A DNA stretch of 64,000 nucleotides from Cenococcum geophilum. Taxonomy: Eukaryota. The notes under the pieces were generated by a model. That model ran no database searches. It was not told where the DNA came from and saw only the letters and a program-made list of their open reading frames with translations. The stretch covers positions 7,254,001 to 7,318,000 of the forward strand of contig CP158636.1 of assembly GCA_050273025.1 (NCBI GenBank), written 5' to 3'. This document shows, one piece after another, positions 27,486 through 40,690 of the stretch (position 1 is the first letter of the stretch; every line of letters starts with the position of its first letter). Position numbers and translations under genes: made by a program.

Positions 27486-29164
27486 TGGCGTCTTCTAGTT
27501 AATATTCCCTAATATACTTCCTTAGAGACATAAAACTCTTAGGGGAGCTCGATTAAACGTCTAAGAGCATCTTTAAAAAAGACTGGCTGGCACTTATTTA
27601 TTTTATTGCTAATTTGTAAAGGAAGCATGTTATAGACGGACTTTAGGAGATTAAATATCGCTATAGTTATAATGTCGGTCTTATATATAATAGACGCAAT
27701 TTCGGCAGTGCTTTTCTTGACTTAAGATAGAGACGGCCTAGACAGAGACGAGAGACGTTTAGTTAGTGAAATAACTAAGTGTACTAGAGATTGTCTTCAA
27801 TGGAATAGTTTAATACTTACTTCTAAAGAAATAATTTATATGTCTGTAATGTAAACAGATAAACCTATAAGTCTCTTTTAAGCTTCTGGACGTCCTTTGT
27901 CTGGAAAATAGCCCACGATACTTTCCTCCATGCCTTCTTTAATTCCTTTATGCCTGCTTTCCGTCTACGGAAAAGCGATATTACCGTCTGCGCCTCCTTA
28001 AATTCCTACGCCTTGCCGGAGGGAAGAAGGCTTGCTATATATTTGTATATATTGTCCAGAAATACATTTAAAAGGGCCCTGTAGCAGTCCATCTCGTATA
28101 TAATTCCGTTAATAAGGGCGCGTTCTTCTAACTTTAAATTTAAAACATCTTGGACGGACTTTTCTAGGATATCCTTTATTGTGTTAATGCAACTGTATAA
28201 TGATCTAAGAGTGGAGACAAAAGATTGATAATTTACGGCCGCCCTATTATGCTTACTAATTGCTTAGATAATATTATATATAAGCCCTCCTACCTATAAA
28301 GGTCCGGTTAGCTTAAAAGACGGCTTTTAGGAGGAGTAGTATAGTGTAGATTGGAGACCTACCGCGATAAAATCACTAATAGAGAAACCGAATGGGACTG
28401 CCATTTGTTGCCCTTATTATAATACGCAACAGTTAAAGAATAAGCTGAAAATCCCGTAGGTACCTAGGTAGTGCGATAAATATAGTTATAGTTACTGTCG
28501 CTGCTAAATAGGTAAGTTGTTTCCGGCCAGTTTAGCTAGTAATAAGTTATTAGGCTAGCGTTGTGGCTTATAGTAGTGAGGCTCGGCGCTTAAGCATATA
28601 GCTAAATAAACACGTCACGCCTCTAATGCTACTCTCGCTGCCGTTAGAAGTCACCCTTTAATAGCTAGGAGGAGCGCCTTTTTAGTTTTATCTATTTTAT
28701 ATAAATCTAGTATCTATTACCGCTTTCGCCTTTAGGAGGGCAGTAATACGGGCTAAATTATATTAGTAACGATGCTAACTAGGGCTAGAGCTACCGCGAT
28801 CTCCTTATAGCAATTCTTAGAGCACTTATAGAAAGGGTTTTAAGAATATAAGCAGCGGTTAATAGAGGTCTTTAGGTGGCGCAAAGAGACGCTAGGCTAG
28901 GTTGGCCGTATTAGGCTAGGTAGACTATATAAGGTAGGCTATACTGGCTAAAACTGTTTAGGCGTTAATAAGTAGGGCTATATTGTATAGCTATAGCGGA
29001 TAACTTAAAGGTAAGTACGGAATAGGATAATTATAATTATATAATATTTAAGAAGCCTATAGCAAACTTAGTCTTCTAGCAGACGCTAAGATGGTACTTA
29101 CTAAGAGCTTACGGGAGCTAGTAGGGAGGGCAGTTAACCTGCTCTAGCTATACCCTTTATTAAG
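27486..29164 (-). repeat. Right arm of the inverted duplication, containing a truncated copy of the STAND-N/ubiquitin-like gene (ATG at 28404)
   Basis: Reverse complement of 23436-25151 with small indels. It lacks the micro-exon array. Confidence 0.9.
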
Positions 29165-29299
29165 TAGCGTTGGGATAGGAGAAGAGAACTTTTAAAAGAG
29201 GATATTTATTTTAGACATTCTTTTAATTAAATCTTAGTCTTTTATTTATCTAGTTCCTGCTATAAGGCGGCTCCTACGGCCCACTAAATAAAGCCCCAA

Positions 29300-30610
29300 A
29301 GCCCTAATAGTTACTTTAACTCCTAAACACGTATTAGTAATACTACCTTTAGTTACGCTAGTAGCTCTATTAAGAGGACATATAAGGAAACCGAGCGCGA
29401 AGGCGCTAGAGGCCTAGTAGTCGCTAAAAACATAAATAATCGCGCTACGATCAACGTAGAATGGACTACCCCTATTCCCTACTATAAGCGTCTCCGTCTC
29501 ACCTAAACGTGAGGAAAGAAGCACTAACTTAAAGGAAATTGCGAGGCTTATTATAAATCTAAAAGAAATTATAACATAGTAGAGTAGTATTATTATAAAC
29601 TAAAACAGTATTATTAAAAGCGTTTAAGACGACTTTATAGAGATTTACTTAGAATAGTAGAGCCTTAAAAGCTAATACGCCGAACTCTAAGAGGAGATCC
29701 GTTCTCTCTAAACGCAGTTTAATAATTTTTTAGCATCGCCTCTATTAACATAATTATAGGCGTTAGTTGCGGCTAGTAGAGGCATAATGGGATTAGGGAT
29801 AACTCTTTTATAAATAATAAGCACCGGGAACCCTTATAAGGAGCCTAACGGTTAGCTAGTAATTAATATTAGCTAAATAGGACAGGGAGTAATAGAGAAG
29901 GTAGTAAATATAAAGGTGGTAAAATAAACTATTATATAGGGTATAAGTAATGTTAAAAGACTTACAGGGGCCATAATTAAGGACTTCTAAGTATGGTAAG
30001 TAAACAACAATATAAGCGTTATTAAATTCTTAGTAGAAAAGGATAAAGAGGCCGCGTTCCGGTAGATAACTACTTAGTAGCTTAAACCGTATATCCCTAG
30101 GGCTAGGCTTATTAGACCTAAGTAGTATACGGTTAAAGCGGACTAGGTTAAAGTGGCTCTAGTAATAGATATAGATAGCGGGAAAGTAAGTAAGTTAGCT
30201 ATAGAGCGGTTTAGGGTAGAGAATAGGGTAGAGGTATATATAATAAGATGGCTTAGAAGACTAAGGCCTAGCGGCTAGCACATATTAGTAGTAGTTAAGG
30301 TAGCGATAAAGGAGGACGCGGAGAAGCTTCTTAGGATAGACAGTATGTTGTTTAGTGGGGGTGCAATTATAGTGTTGCTATTTAAAGAGCGACGTACTTT
30401 AGTGGCATATTTTAAATATAGAAGGTTTAAATATAGAGCTAGAGACTATATATAACCTAATACGTGCGATATATGTGGCTAAGAAGGCTATCTCTAGTAT
30501 AAAATAGTAAACCTACGCTATGTGAACTACCAGGGCCTATATTAAGCCTTATACTATAAGTGCCTAATATATAGGAAAGAGAAGGACAGGATTCTTGTAA
30601 TTTAGCAGTA
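29300..30610 (+). mobile_element. RIP-inactivated LINE (Tad1-like) ORF1/gag-like remnant
   Basis: RIP-reverted triple zinc knuckle CFKCRRFGHRARDC..CDICGQEGH..C..RCVNCQGPH.A....CP, preceded by a coiled coil. No ORF2 is visible. Confidence 0.75.
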
Positions 30611-31404
30611 TGGGTAACCGGGTCCCTATCCTTATCCTCTATTAAATTTTATTTTAGATCTCGCCTTAATATACAATTACCGCCGCCCTCTTAACCTACT
30701 TATTAGTATTGGGCCATTTAAGAACAATATAACTTAGTAAACTACTACTAAGGGAAGCAGCTATTGCAGTTATCGGCAATAGTAGCTAGAGAGGCGCTCT
30801 TTAAGGGTAGAGGCGGATACGGGTAGGTTATAGGATGGAATTTCGATATATATATACACTCTTTATCTCTTAGGTTTGTATACTCTCTCTTTATTTCCTA
30901 TATTAATTATAGCGTTAAAGAAAGGAGAAATAGCTCTTATAGTTAGCTATTAAATTAGAGCCGGTATAATTCGTATTAGTTTACTCTAGTTAGCGCTTAG
31001 TAACGGCCTATACCTAAGTTAAACGGTGTATGGCTATAATAGAATATATATATATACATACATAAGCCACTAAATTTTGCGTAAGACTTAAGCTTAGTGA
31101 TGTAGCTATAAAGCACCACCGTATAGCCACATTTTTACTCCTGTTAAAGTCGTAATATATAACTTACCCTTTATTCTAAACGCAAGCTATAGTTAAAATA
31201 GAGAGGGATAAGATTATATACACTTAAGAGGTATTATATAGTTAGGGAATTTATATATTAAACAAATTCTATAACATCCACTTTTAGTAGGGCTTCTTAG
31301 CCCGTTACTGTAATTAAATAAATACCTACGTACTATTACTGGCATTAAATAAATATAGGTAATAGAGGCAAGCCACCTATTTCCCCTAGACCTTACCGCC
31401 GCTT

Positions 31405-32194
31405 ATTCTAAAGTAACTAAGTTTAATACTACTAAAAGCCTACGTGTGTTCTAGAATGCACCCTTAGTCTAGTATATTTTAATAATAAAACTAAGCTAGA
31501 TGTCCTATATACTAAGGAAGTCCTTTCTCTGCGGCTAGGCGGCCGTAGCTAGCCTAGCTGGCTAGCCCTTATAGAGATTAAATTTGCACGGCTTCCTGGT
31601 TATAATCTTATATATTATAGCGCTAAGTTAGCTAATATTGGTATAGATTAAGTAGCTAGCGTTATTAGCGGCCTGTATATTGGTACTAAGGGGCAGAATA
31701 GAGGATTTAGTGAAGTTTAAGAACTTAACGGACAGGTTAGTAGCAAGGAGAAAGTTCTGGGTAGTAATATTAGTAATAATAACGCAAAGATCGTAAATAT
31801 GGATAAGGGTGCGCGCCATTTCCCAGAACTAGGTAAGTTGGGCGGGTTTAGCAGGCCGATATTACGCTAGGTAGTCATTTAGATTTCCATTCTCTATTAG
31901 GGCCATTTAAATGCCAGTACCGGATAGGTTAAGGTAAGGGATAATACCACAATTTGGACCTAGGCGTTAGTAGACTTCCTTTTTATGCTAAAGGGATTTA
32001 TAAGAGATATTACTATATCTATTATAAAGCTTAGTATAAGCTTCGCTAAGGCCAGTTGTGCGGTACTTTAAGGGAAGTTTAAGGGTAGTATTATTACGGC
32101 GGACTACTACGCCAGTTCTGCCTCTACTAAGAACGCCCTCCTAGAGAGGACTTCTATTAGGCCGTAATAAGGCTAATTAGGACGGTAGGGACAT
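31405..32194 (-). pseudogene. RIP-inactivated fungal protein kinase (second family)
   Basis: RIP-reverted GVLGGGRTGVVV..ALKLP, MALMENGNLNDYL, IHDLCVIIADIAT.NFLL..VKFSDF and TDIGQLGAVMYEI. Confidence 0.8.
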
Positions 32195-33599
32195 GCTAGT
32201 AGGGAGTAAGTGGTATTAAGTTTGGGTAGTTAAAGATAGATTAATGCTTATTTACAGTAGCCATTAATATATAGGGAAGGGTTTAGGTTTAAAGCGCTAA
32301 TTTTAAATAAGAGTAGGTGTTGCTAGATTTAACTTATAAAGATAGCGGAGGCTATTAGAAAGAGAAAATATCCTTCTTATTAGTAAGGTAAAGTAAGTAA
32401 GCTTACTAAGTAAACCTATAACTATAGCCGTAACACCTCTACATATGCCTAGCACCAAATCTAACCTATAACCTAAACTCCTGGCGGTTATGCTGTTAAA
32501 CTGCCATAACTTTTAGCTCTAGATCCCTAATTATCGTTGCTAGGAAAAGGCTTCGCCTGGTTTTAGTAGTTAGGACAATTTATCTTACGTTTAGTAAAAC
32601 TCGCTTAGGAAGTCGGCGTTAGATTTTTATATAGACTTTCTTATATATCTGTATTAGGGCACTATTATATAAAATTATGGTCGGGGTTATAAGTGCTATA
32701 TGGCCTAACTCCGCTAGCGCAATCCGGCCAATAGGCAGGAGTTTTATTCCTTTACTAGCACATCTTAAATGCTAATAAAAGAGGTTTGTAAGATAGTAAT
32801 TGCTTAAAAAACTAGGGATTATACCAAGATAAACGTGCAAGCTTACTTAGTGTTTAGTGCTTGGCTAATAATTCTTTAGGAAAAAATAATAATGCCAATA
32901 AAGGAGAAACAACAGGAATATTCTTGGAGCCGGTATTCGCTTATTAGATATATACCTATATTACCCTCCTTATCGCTACGCACGGCATCATACCCCGCTT
33001 ACTATGCATTGGTTCCACTGTAATATTATAATTATATGCATCCTATATATAGGGTACTACTTTTAAATAGATTAAGATTCTTATTATAGACCACACCGTG
33101 CTAACGCCTATGTTATAGGTAAAGTGTAATAATCCTTAAAAGTATTGCAGACCTGGTAGAACGTACACTAAGTGCAACTATTTAGTTAAAGGAGTCGGAC
33201 TGGTTATATAATGCACTTTATATCCCAGATTATAAGTATATATTAATGAGAAACACTTCGTCAGACTAAGAAGTTTTTACTTATAGTTCGTAACCGTTAT
33301 GGGCTTAGTGAGATTTGCCTAGTGTAAATAGACTAATGTCCAGGCATTATACTTACCTTATATATAGTGTTTAGGATTATATCCATTGCGAGAGTGCAGC
33401 TAAGGTAAGACTCCTAATATCGCCTAGAAAGAGTCGTTGATTAAGTAAGCAGGCGTCTATATGGTTAGTTATTACTTAAAGTGGTAACTAGAAATAGTGT
33501 CTATATTATGCGATAAAAAAGAGTAGCTGGAATAACGAGCGTAAATTGCGGGTTTTAATTTAATTATAGAAGTATACAAAATTTAGACGTATAAATACC

Positions 33600-34460
33600 T
33601 ACAGTCTACTTCTTCGCCCTTCTTTTAATGTTTTATTTCCCTTTCACCAACTTTACCGTCTTATACTTAATATTATAAAAATAAAGAGCGTTACTATAAC
33701 TAGGGTATTTATTCTAAGAAGGGTCCACTAAAACCCTTATATAAATCGAAGCCACCTAGTCCATTAAACGCTTAATAGCCGTAAATTTCCTTTCCACTAA
33801 GCTAAGTGTTAACGTCACTATGCCTTTCGTGTGTGCTGCCCACTTTAATTGCTAGCCTTTTCCTTGCCGTAGAAAGTGCCTTAACCGCTGTCTTAAATGT
33901 CTTCTCCTACTATGCTTAGTCCGTAAGTCTTAGCTTAACCAACTTCTTTCCTAATTTGGGCTTCTCTCTTAGTAAATTAAGCGCAGTTCCCTTTAACTTC
34001 CCTTTAATTTTATTGTTTTTAGAAAATTGTATATAGCGGAGGTTTAGGCAATTCGTAAAGAGAGTAAGTAGAGACTTATCTGTAAGCCGGATTCCACTAT
34101 TAAAGCCAACGTAGATAAGATTTGGACATGCTTTCGTAAACTAAATGACTGCTACGTCGCTTATACTGGCACTATTACCTATCTCTATATTACCCGCTTA
34201 GAAGTCTAGTAAATTATAGTAAAATAAACAACCTCTTGTAATAATAGCGTTAAGGTACACGCTGAATTAATTAGTATGATATGGTTATTTTCCTTGGGGA
34301 AGCTTACTCGGTGATATAAAAGGCGCTTATAAACTTAAGCCGCTTAATATTGCTAACTAGTTTAGAATCTCGGTCCTCCCATAATTAGTCTAAGCTAATT
34401 AACGCGATTTTATTTAGTAAATACTTATTAGGTATATAAGGTTTCCAAGTATTTGTTTAA
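33600..34460 (-). pseudogene. RIP-damaged RNI/LRR-like fungal protein
   Basis: RIP-reverted ISDVAVIQFTKACPNLIHV..RLTDESLLALFTNCPNLRYIQ.SGNDK. Confidence 0.55.
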
Positions 34461-35324
34461 TAAAAGCCGTTAAAACTAGCACGTTAAGTTAAAGCTTTCT
34501 TAACTACTCCCCAGCTAAACCTACTCCTACTCTTAATAGCTCGTCCGTGTACCGCCAATATGTTACTGTTTCTTAACTTTTCTCAAAATTCCTGACTACG
34601 CGCCATTAGAGAACTGGCGTATAATAGCGTCGTGTAAGTAAGAATCTAAGAGTTTCTTACGTGGAGGTTTAAACGCGCCCCTTGCCTAAAGCCGCGATTT
34701 AGCCACTACCGGTTAGGGTTCCTAACCTTAAGCCCTAACCTAACCCTATATAACCCTCTAATCCCATAACATTAACCTAGCAATTAAAAGCCTTAGATGC
34801 GCAATAATACCTTAGCTAGGAGTACTTCTAGCCTAGGCGGCTGGCCACGAAGACTCTAAGATTCGCGTGCTCTAGTTGACTTAGCAACGCGCCACGCTAA
34901 ACCGCTCTAGCTTATTACTATAGCCGGGCTATAGGCCGCAAGGGTATATATAGAAGGGGACTATGGCTAGTAGCGTGGGTCGGATGGCACATAATAAGGC
35001 AGTACTTATCCGCCACAACGCTATACTAAGATAGTCAGTTCCAACGCTAAACATAGTTCCCTATTTCTCTACTTTTACTATTCTTTAACCTTATAAAGTA
35101 GACCTTAATAAGGGTATGGCTAGTGCGGGTCAGCCGCCCTCCCTATTAGCGCGGGTAAAGTATAAAGAGCTTTTAGGCGAATTTATCGCCAGAAATACCG
35201 CTAATTATCCTATATCTAAACGGCGTGAATAAAAAGGAATGCGAGCCTCGGCTAAATATATCTCCGCAGCCTTATTGCCTTACTAAGCTATACTACCCAT
35301 CTATCCTCCCTTTATCCTCTAGTT

Positions 35325-36430
35325 ATGCCTAAGTATAGCCTCTGCCTGCTTACCCTTAATAGAGGCGGCGTTCGCGGCTTATCGACCCTTTAGGTCTTAT
35401 AGCAGCTAATAAAGACTATTAACCCGGACGTGTCGCCAAAGCTATATAACTACTTTAACATAATTAGAGGCACCAGCACTGGCGGGTCCCTTACTAGTGT
35501 TATTGGCTTTGCTAGACTTAGGCTAATAAGTAGTGTAGGCTTATAGCGATTATACTTAGTTGGCTTTGGATGGCGGTTAATAAGTGCTTAATATATATGT
35601 CTTACTTTTAGATAGGATATTATAGAAATAAAGATACTATATAACTATTAAGGGGCTAGGCCTAAGGACTGTTTAACTTAGCTAAGCCGGAATATATAAT
35701 TAATAAGATTATAATAAAGTAAGGCCTGGCTAAGGATGCGCTATTAAAGGACGCTCCAGATATAAAGTATAAAGTGTAGGTTATAAGTTCTAATACGCAT
35801 TAAGTTAAGGATATACTAACTAGTAGAGTGTAAGTTTATATATATAATAAGTAAGGAGACCGGCGATACGGTTTAACTTACTAGCTACTACTTGCCACGC
35901 GGCCGCGAATAACTACTCTGCATAACTAAGATCTGGGAAGCAGGCCGGGTAATATCGGCAGCGTCATTATTCTTTAATCCGCTTACTATTAGCGACTTCT
36001 AGGAGGGCTTAATTGATGGCGCTATAGGCGCGAATAACCTAGTATATAAGGTGTGGAACGAAGCGTAAGATATATAGCTATCCGGCTCGCTTAAGGATAA
36101 GGTTAAATGTTTAGTATTAATTAGAATAGGTGTTCCGTTGCTTACGCCGTTTAAGGACAATCTAGATAATATTAGGAAGAGCCTTTTAGCAATTACTATA
36201 GATAGAAAGATAGTAGAAAGGTTCTATTAAGATAAGTTAGCGCTTAATAATACGGGACGCTACTATCAGTTTAACGTTCTTAGAGGGCTTAAAGATATTA
36301 GGTTAAAGAATATAAAGTAAAGGAATATAATTATTATAGTTACGGACTGATATATTAAGTCTTAGGCGGTATTTAACTAGATAAAAGCGTGCGCTAATGA
36401 TTCGAGCTTATATAAGAGCAGGTAGCTTTA
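35325..36430 (+). pseudogene. RIP-inactivated patatin-like phospholipase
   Basis: RIP-reverted LL.LDGGGVRGLS, FDMIGGTSTGG (catalytic Ser), IWEAGR.TSAA..FF and DGAIGANNPV (DGA motif). Confidence 0.9.
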
Positions 36431-36629
36431 GTTTAGTAATCTATTATTGCACCCCCTATATACCCCCTATATACCCTACTTTTAGGAAAGTCTTAACCCC
36501 TTAAAGGAGATACTAGAATCTAAGTAGCGAATATAACAACTATATAAGTATATAGTCCCCTTAACTCTCTATAAAATAGAGATATAAAGAAAATAATATA
36601 TTATGTATGTAAGGCTACCATAACCTTAC

Positions 36630-39600
36630 TAACTATACTCTTTGTTGACGTCGGCGCCCTTACTTAGTAGTAGCTCAATAATCTTATTGTGGCTTCCTCC
36701 TAATACTGCCTGGAGCGCGCTACCGTAGAGTCCACCTTGCGCGTTAACGTTGGTGCCCTTACTTAGTAGCAGCTTGACAATTTTGTCGTGGCCCCCTCCT
36801 GATGCCGCCTGGAGCGCGCTGCCGTAGTCTCCACCTTACGCGTTGACGTTGGCGCCTTTGCTTAGCAGCAGCTCGACGATCTTATTGTGTCCCCCTCTTA
36901 ATGCCGCCTGGAGCGTGCTGCCGTAGTATCTACCTTGCGCGTTGACGTCGGCGCCCTTGCTTAGCAGCAGCTTGATGATCTTGTTGTAGCCCCCTCTCGA
37001 TGCCGCCTGGAGCGCGCTGCCATAGTGTCCACCTTGCGCGTTGACGTCGGCGCCCTTGCTTAGCAGCAGCTTGACGATCTTATCGTGACCCCCTCCCGAT
37101 GCCGCCTGGAGCGTGCTGCTAGAGCGTTGACGTTGCGCGTTGACGTTGGCGCCCTTGCTTAGCAGCAGCTTAATGATCTTATTGTGGCCCCCTCCTGATA
37201 CCGCCTGGAGCGCGCTGCTAGAGTGTCTACCTTGCGCGTTAACGTCGGCGCCCTTGCTCAGCAGCAGCTTAATAATCTTGTCGTGGCCCCCTCCCGATGC
37301 CGCCTGGAGCGCGCTGCCGTAGCGTTAACGTTGCGCGTTAATGTTGGCGCCCTTACTTAGTAGCAGCTCGACAATCTTATTATAGCCCCCTTCCGATGCC
37401 ACCTGGAGCGCGCTGCTAGAGTCTCCACGTTGCGCGTTAACGTTGGCGCCCCTGCTTAGCAGCAGCTTAATAATCTTATTATAGCCTTCTCCCGATGCCG
37501 TATGGAGCGCGCTACTATAGTCTCCACCTTGTGCGTTAACGTTGGCGCCCTTGCTTAGTAGTAGCTTAACGATCTTATTATAGCCCTCTCCCGATGCCAC
37601 CTAAAGCGCGCCGCTATAGAGTCTACCTTACGCGTTAACGTCGGCGCCCTTACTTAGCAGTAGTTTAATAATCTTATTGTGGCCCCCTTCTAATGCTGTA
37701 TAGAGCGCGCTGCTAAAGTCTCCACCTTACATATTAACGTCGGCGCCTTTGCTTAGCAGTAGCTTAATGATCTTATTATAGCCCCCTTCCAATGCCGCCT
37801 AGAGCGCGCTACTATAGTCTCCACCTTATACGTTAACGTTGGCGCCTTTGCTTAGCAGCAGCTTAATAATCTTATCGTGGCCCTTTCCTAATACCGTATA
37901 GAGCGCGCTGCCGTAGACTCTACCTTACGTGTTAACGTCGGCCCCTTAGCTTAGCAGGTACTTTACTGCATTTACTAGACCTCTAAATAATGCGTAATAT
38001 AACGCTAAAGCTAGTTCCTCTCCTAGTGCATCTTCCTATAGCTAATCTAGGCGATAAAGACTATAGCAGTTTCTATACAAGTTTCTATAGTAGTAGAAAA
38101 ACTCCCTAATAAAACCTTATAGTGTTTTATCCTTGCTTTTAGCCACTACAGCGTAGGTTATCCAATATCTTATGCTATACTACGCCAACGGAAATTTCTA
38201 TCTAATCTCCTTAGTTGGAAGCTCTATATTTAAGTATAATAAATATACAAGGCAAACTGTTGCAATTAATGCTTTAGCAGCGTTCTCCTAAAATTTTTAC
38301 GTAATATTATTATTAAGCCGGTTTAAAGTTAGATACTCTTTAACCAAGAAATATACCAACTAAAGCTTTACGGTCTTTTCATCCTTATTATACGGATGGT
38401 CCTTTATGGAGACTAAGACTACTAGGCTTAAATAGTAACGTAAAATTTTATAAGGAACAGGCATTCTATATCTTATATTAAAGTGTTAGTCTTCTTTAGT
38501 ATCTACTACTAAGGCGTTAACGGCCTCCTTAATCCTTAATAGCTGCTCAGAGTATATTAAGAATTAAAGAATTCTTATAGCATTCTGCTTATGTTTCTTA
38601 GGGATACTATATAAGATCTTAGTATAGGTTTTGTCTAATGTCTTCGGGAGGGATATAAGAGCATTTTAGAGAGTGTAATAGTCTAGGCAATTTTCTAGCG
38701 TATTAAGCTAATATACAGCCCATTAAAACCTATTAACTCTTAGTACCTTTTATAGATAATAGATTAATAATAAAACTACTTAGTCTTATATTCTATCTAC
38801 TTTCTCTATAAGTTAGGTCTTAATCTTATTCTAAACTTCCAGTTATAATCGCCACCTCCTAAAGCGATTATCCTCTTTAACTCTTATATAAACATACGTA
38901 CAAATATTATTAGTAATAAGGTTGCTCTAAATAGGCACTCTATTATTAATATAAGTAAACTCTATTATTTCGGATTTGATATCCTATTCTGGCCGACTTA
39001 TTACTAAAAGGTAAACGTTCCTTTACTCCAAGTTTAGGACTTCTCTTATTCACAATAGTAATCCTTCTATTAACAATCCTTTCCTTATACTACATTTATT
39101 AAGCGCATCTAAAATAAGCCAGATTTTCTTAACTTACTCTATTATATACAAGAGAACCTTATAAAGTAATCCGCTAGTTAGTTATTAACGTCCATTTTTA
39201 TAAGAGGAAAAGAAAGTCTCTAGCTCTTATAAGGTCTCTAAATACTAGTAGTAAAGCTAACTAATAAGGGCGCGGACTATACTCTTAACTATTTACTTGC
39301 CTATATTATTAAAGTCGAAATAGAAATAAAGGAGAGGCTAAGAATCTAGGATACTTCTAAGGTTCTTAATAATAGTAGAGCTAAGAATCGTCTTACCACA
39401 TCTAGGAATACCATAAAGCTATAAAAAGGAATTTTGCCGTATCTTCTATTTTGTAAAGTTATTACTTTCTATAAACCAAAGGCCTAAGCCTTTATAGCGT
39501 TACTATAGGGCTTTATTATAGTTTGTTAAGGGATCTAATAGCAATAGCCACCGTTTAATATTTTCTTATCTATACTTAATGCCTAAGTTTTTAACAGTAA

Positions 39601-40690
39601 TACTTATATCCTAAGTAGTAACACGCACTTCACTTATACGTTATTTAACTTAAGTTTAGTTAAAAGAATAATTTCTTATAATCCCTTAGACTAACTAACT
39701 AGAAGAAAGAATATTACTAATCCTCCTTTTAGCCTCCACCTTATTTAAAGCAATTTAATAGAGAAGGTCTTTAGCATATATAGCCGCTACTATTACTACA
39801 TACCCTTGCCACTCCTTATTCTTATAGGAGTCCGAGTAGTTATATATACCACGAATAACCAGACATAGAAAGTGATTCATTAGCCCTACTACTTCCATTT
39901 CAAAGCATAGCACGTCCTTCTCTTTAGTAAGTATATCCCAAATTAAAGCGTCCTTTATTAACTAGTTTACTAAAGCAATTAGGCCGTAATAGATTACTAG
40001 ATTATCCTTACTCTCAGTCCGTTTAGGTTGTAATATTAGGTTTAATAGATTATTACTACAGACTACCGCGTAGCTTACTTTGTCATCTAGAGGATAGATA
40101 ACCCCAGTTTAATATAGCCTGTTACTACTTGGGTTAGGTTACTTGTACTTCTACCACAGTCTTTAATGCTTCTTAAGAATACTATTAATAGCCTCTTTAA
40201 GCCTATGCCCTTTAATTTTATAATAAGCCTTAAGCCCACTCACTGCCGTCTATAGGGCGGGTGGTGGCTAATTTAGGAACCCTATTTATTAGAAGCTTTA
40301 ATCTTATATTATTTTACCAAAGTCGTATTAAAATATACTACCTTTCCCATTATAAGGAGAGCTAACTACAATGTCACCCAGACGGATATTATGCTTTTAA
40401 CTTAGCGCACCACCGCTGATGCCGACTATTAGACCAATTCTAATATTAGGAAAGCTATATAGTATATCTCTTGCAATATTTGCTACAGAGGCTATGCCAT
40501 ATTCTCCGTCGGGCAAGATAGTAATAACAATGCTATATTTCCTAATTTTGCCTACTATATAGCTGTTATTATTACTAAAAGACATATATTCTAGTCCTTT
40601 ATGCTCTTTATTAAGAAACGCTTTCGCGGCAATATACTCCGTAGTTATAGCACAGATCCAGCCAACAGTATAGTCCTTAGGGTTTAATAT
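36630..40690 (-). pseudogene. RIP-inactivated NLR-like gene: PNP_UDP_1 phosphorylase - NACHT - ankyrin repeats
   Basis: N-terminal DYTVGWICA, FPNIRIGL.VGIGG, LCFEME..GLMN.F.CLVIRGI.DY.DSHKNK.WQGY; Walker A GIPGCGKTILSS (~39380-39415); Walker B LILDALDE; tandem ankyrin repeats at the C-terminus. Confidence 0.92.
36635..37960 (-). repeat. About 14 highly similar 99-bp ankyrin repeat units
   Basis: ggcgcc anchors recur at ~99-bp spacing from 36654 to ~37940. Each unit reads GADVNAQGGxxxSALQAASxxGHDKIVKLLLSK. Confidence 0.92.

Noticed and set aside
34710..34780. Interstitial telomere repeat (ttaggg/ccctaa)
   Set aside because: Only scattered imperfect hexamers, easily produced by RIP.
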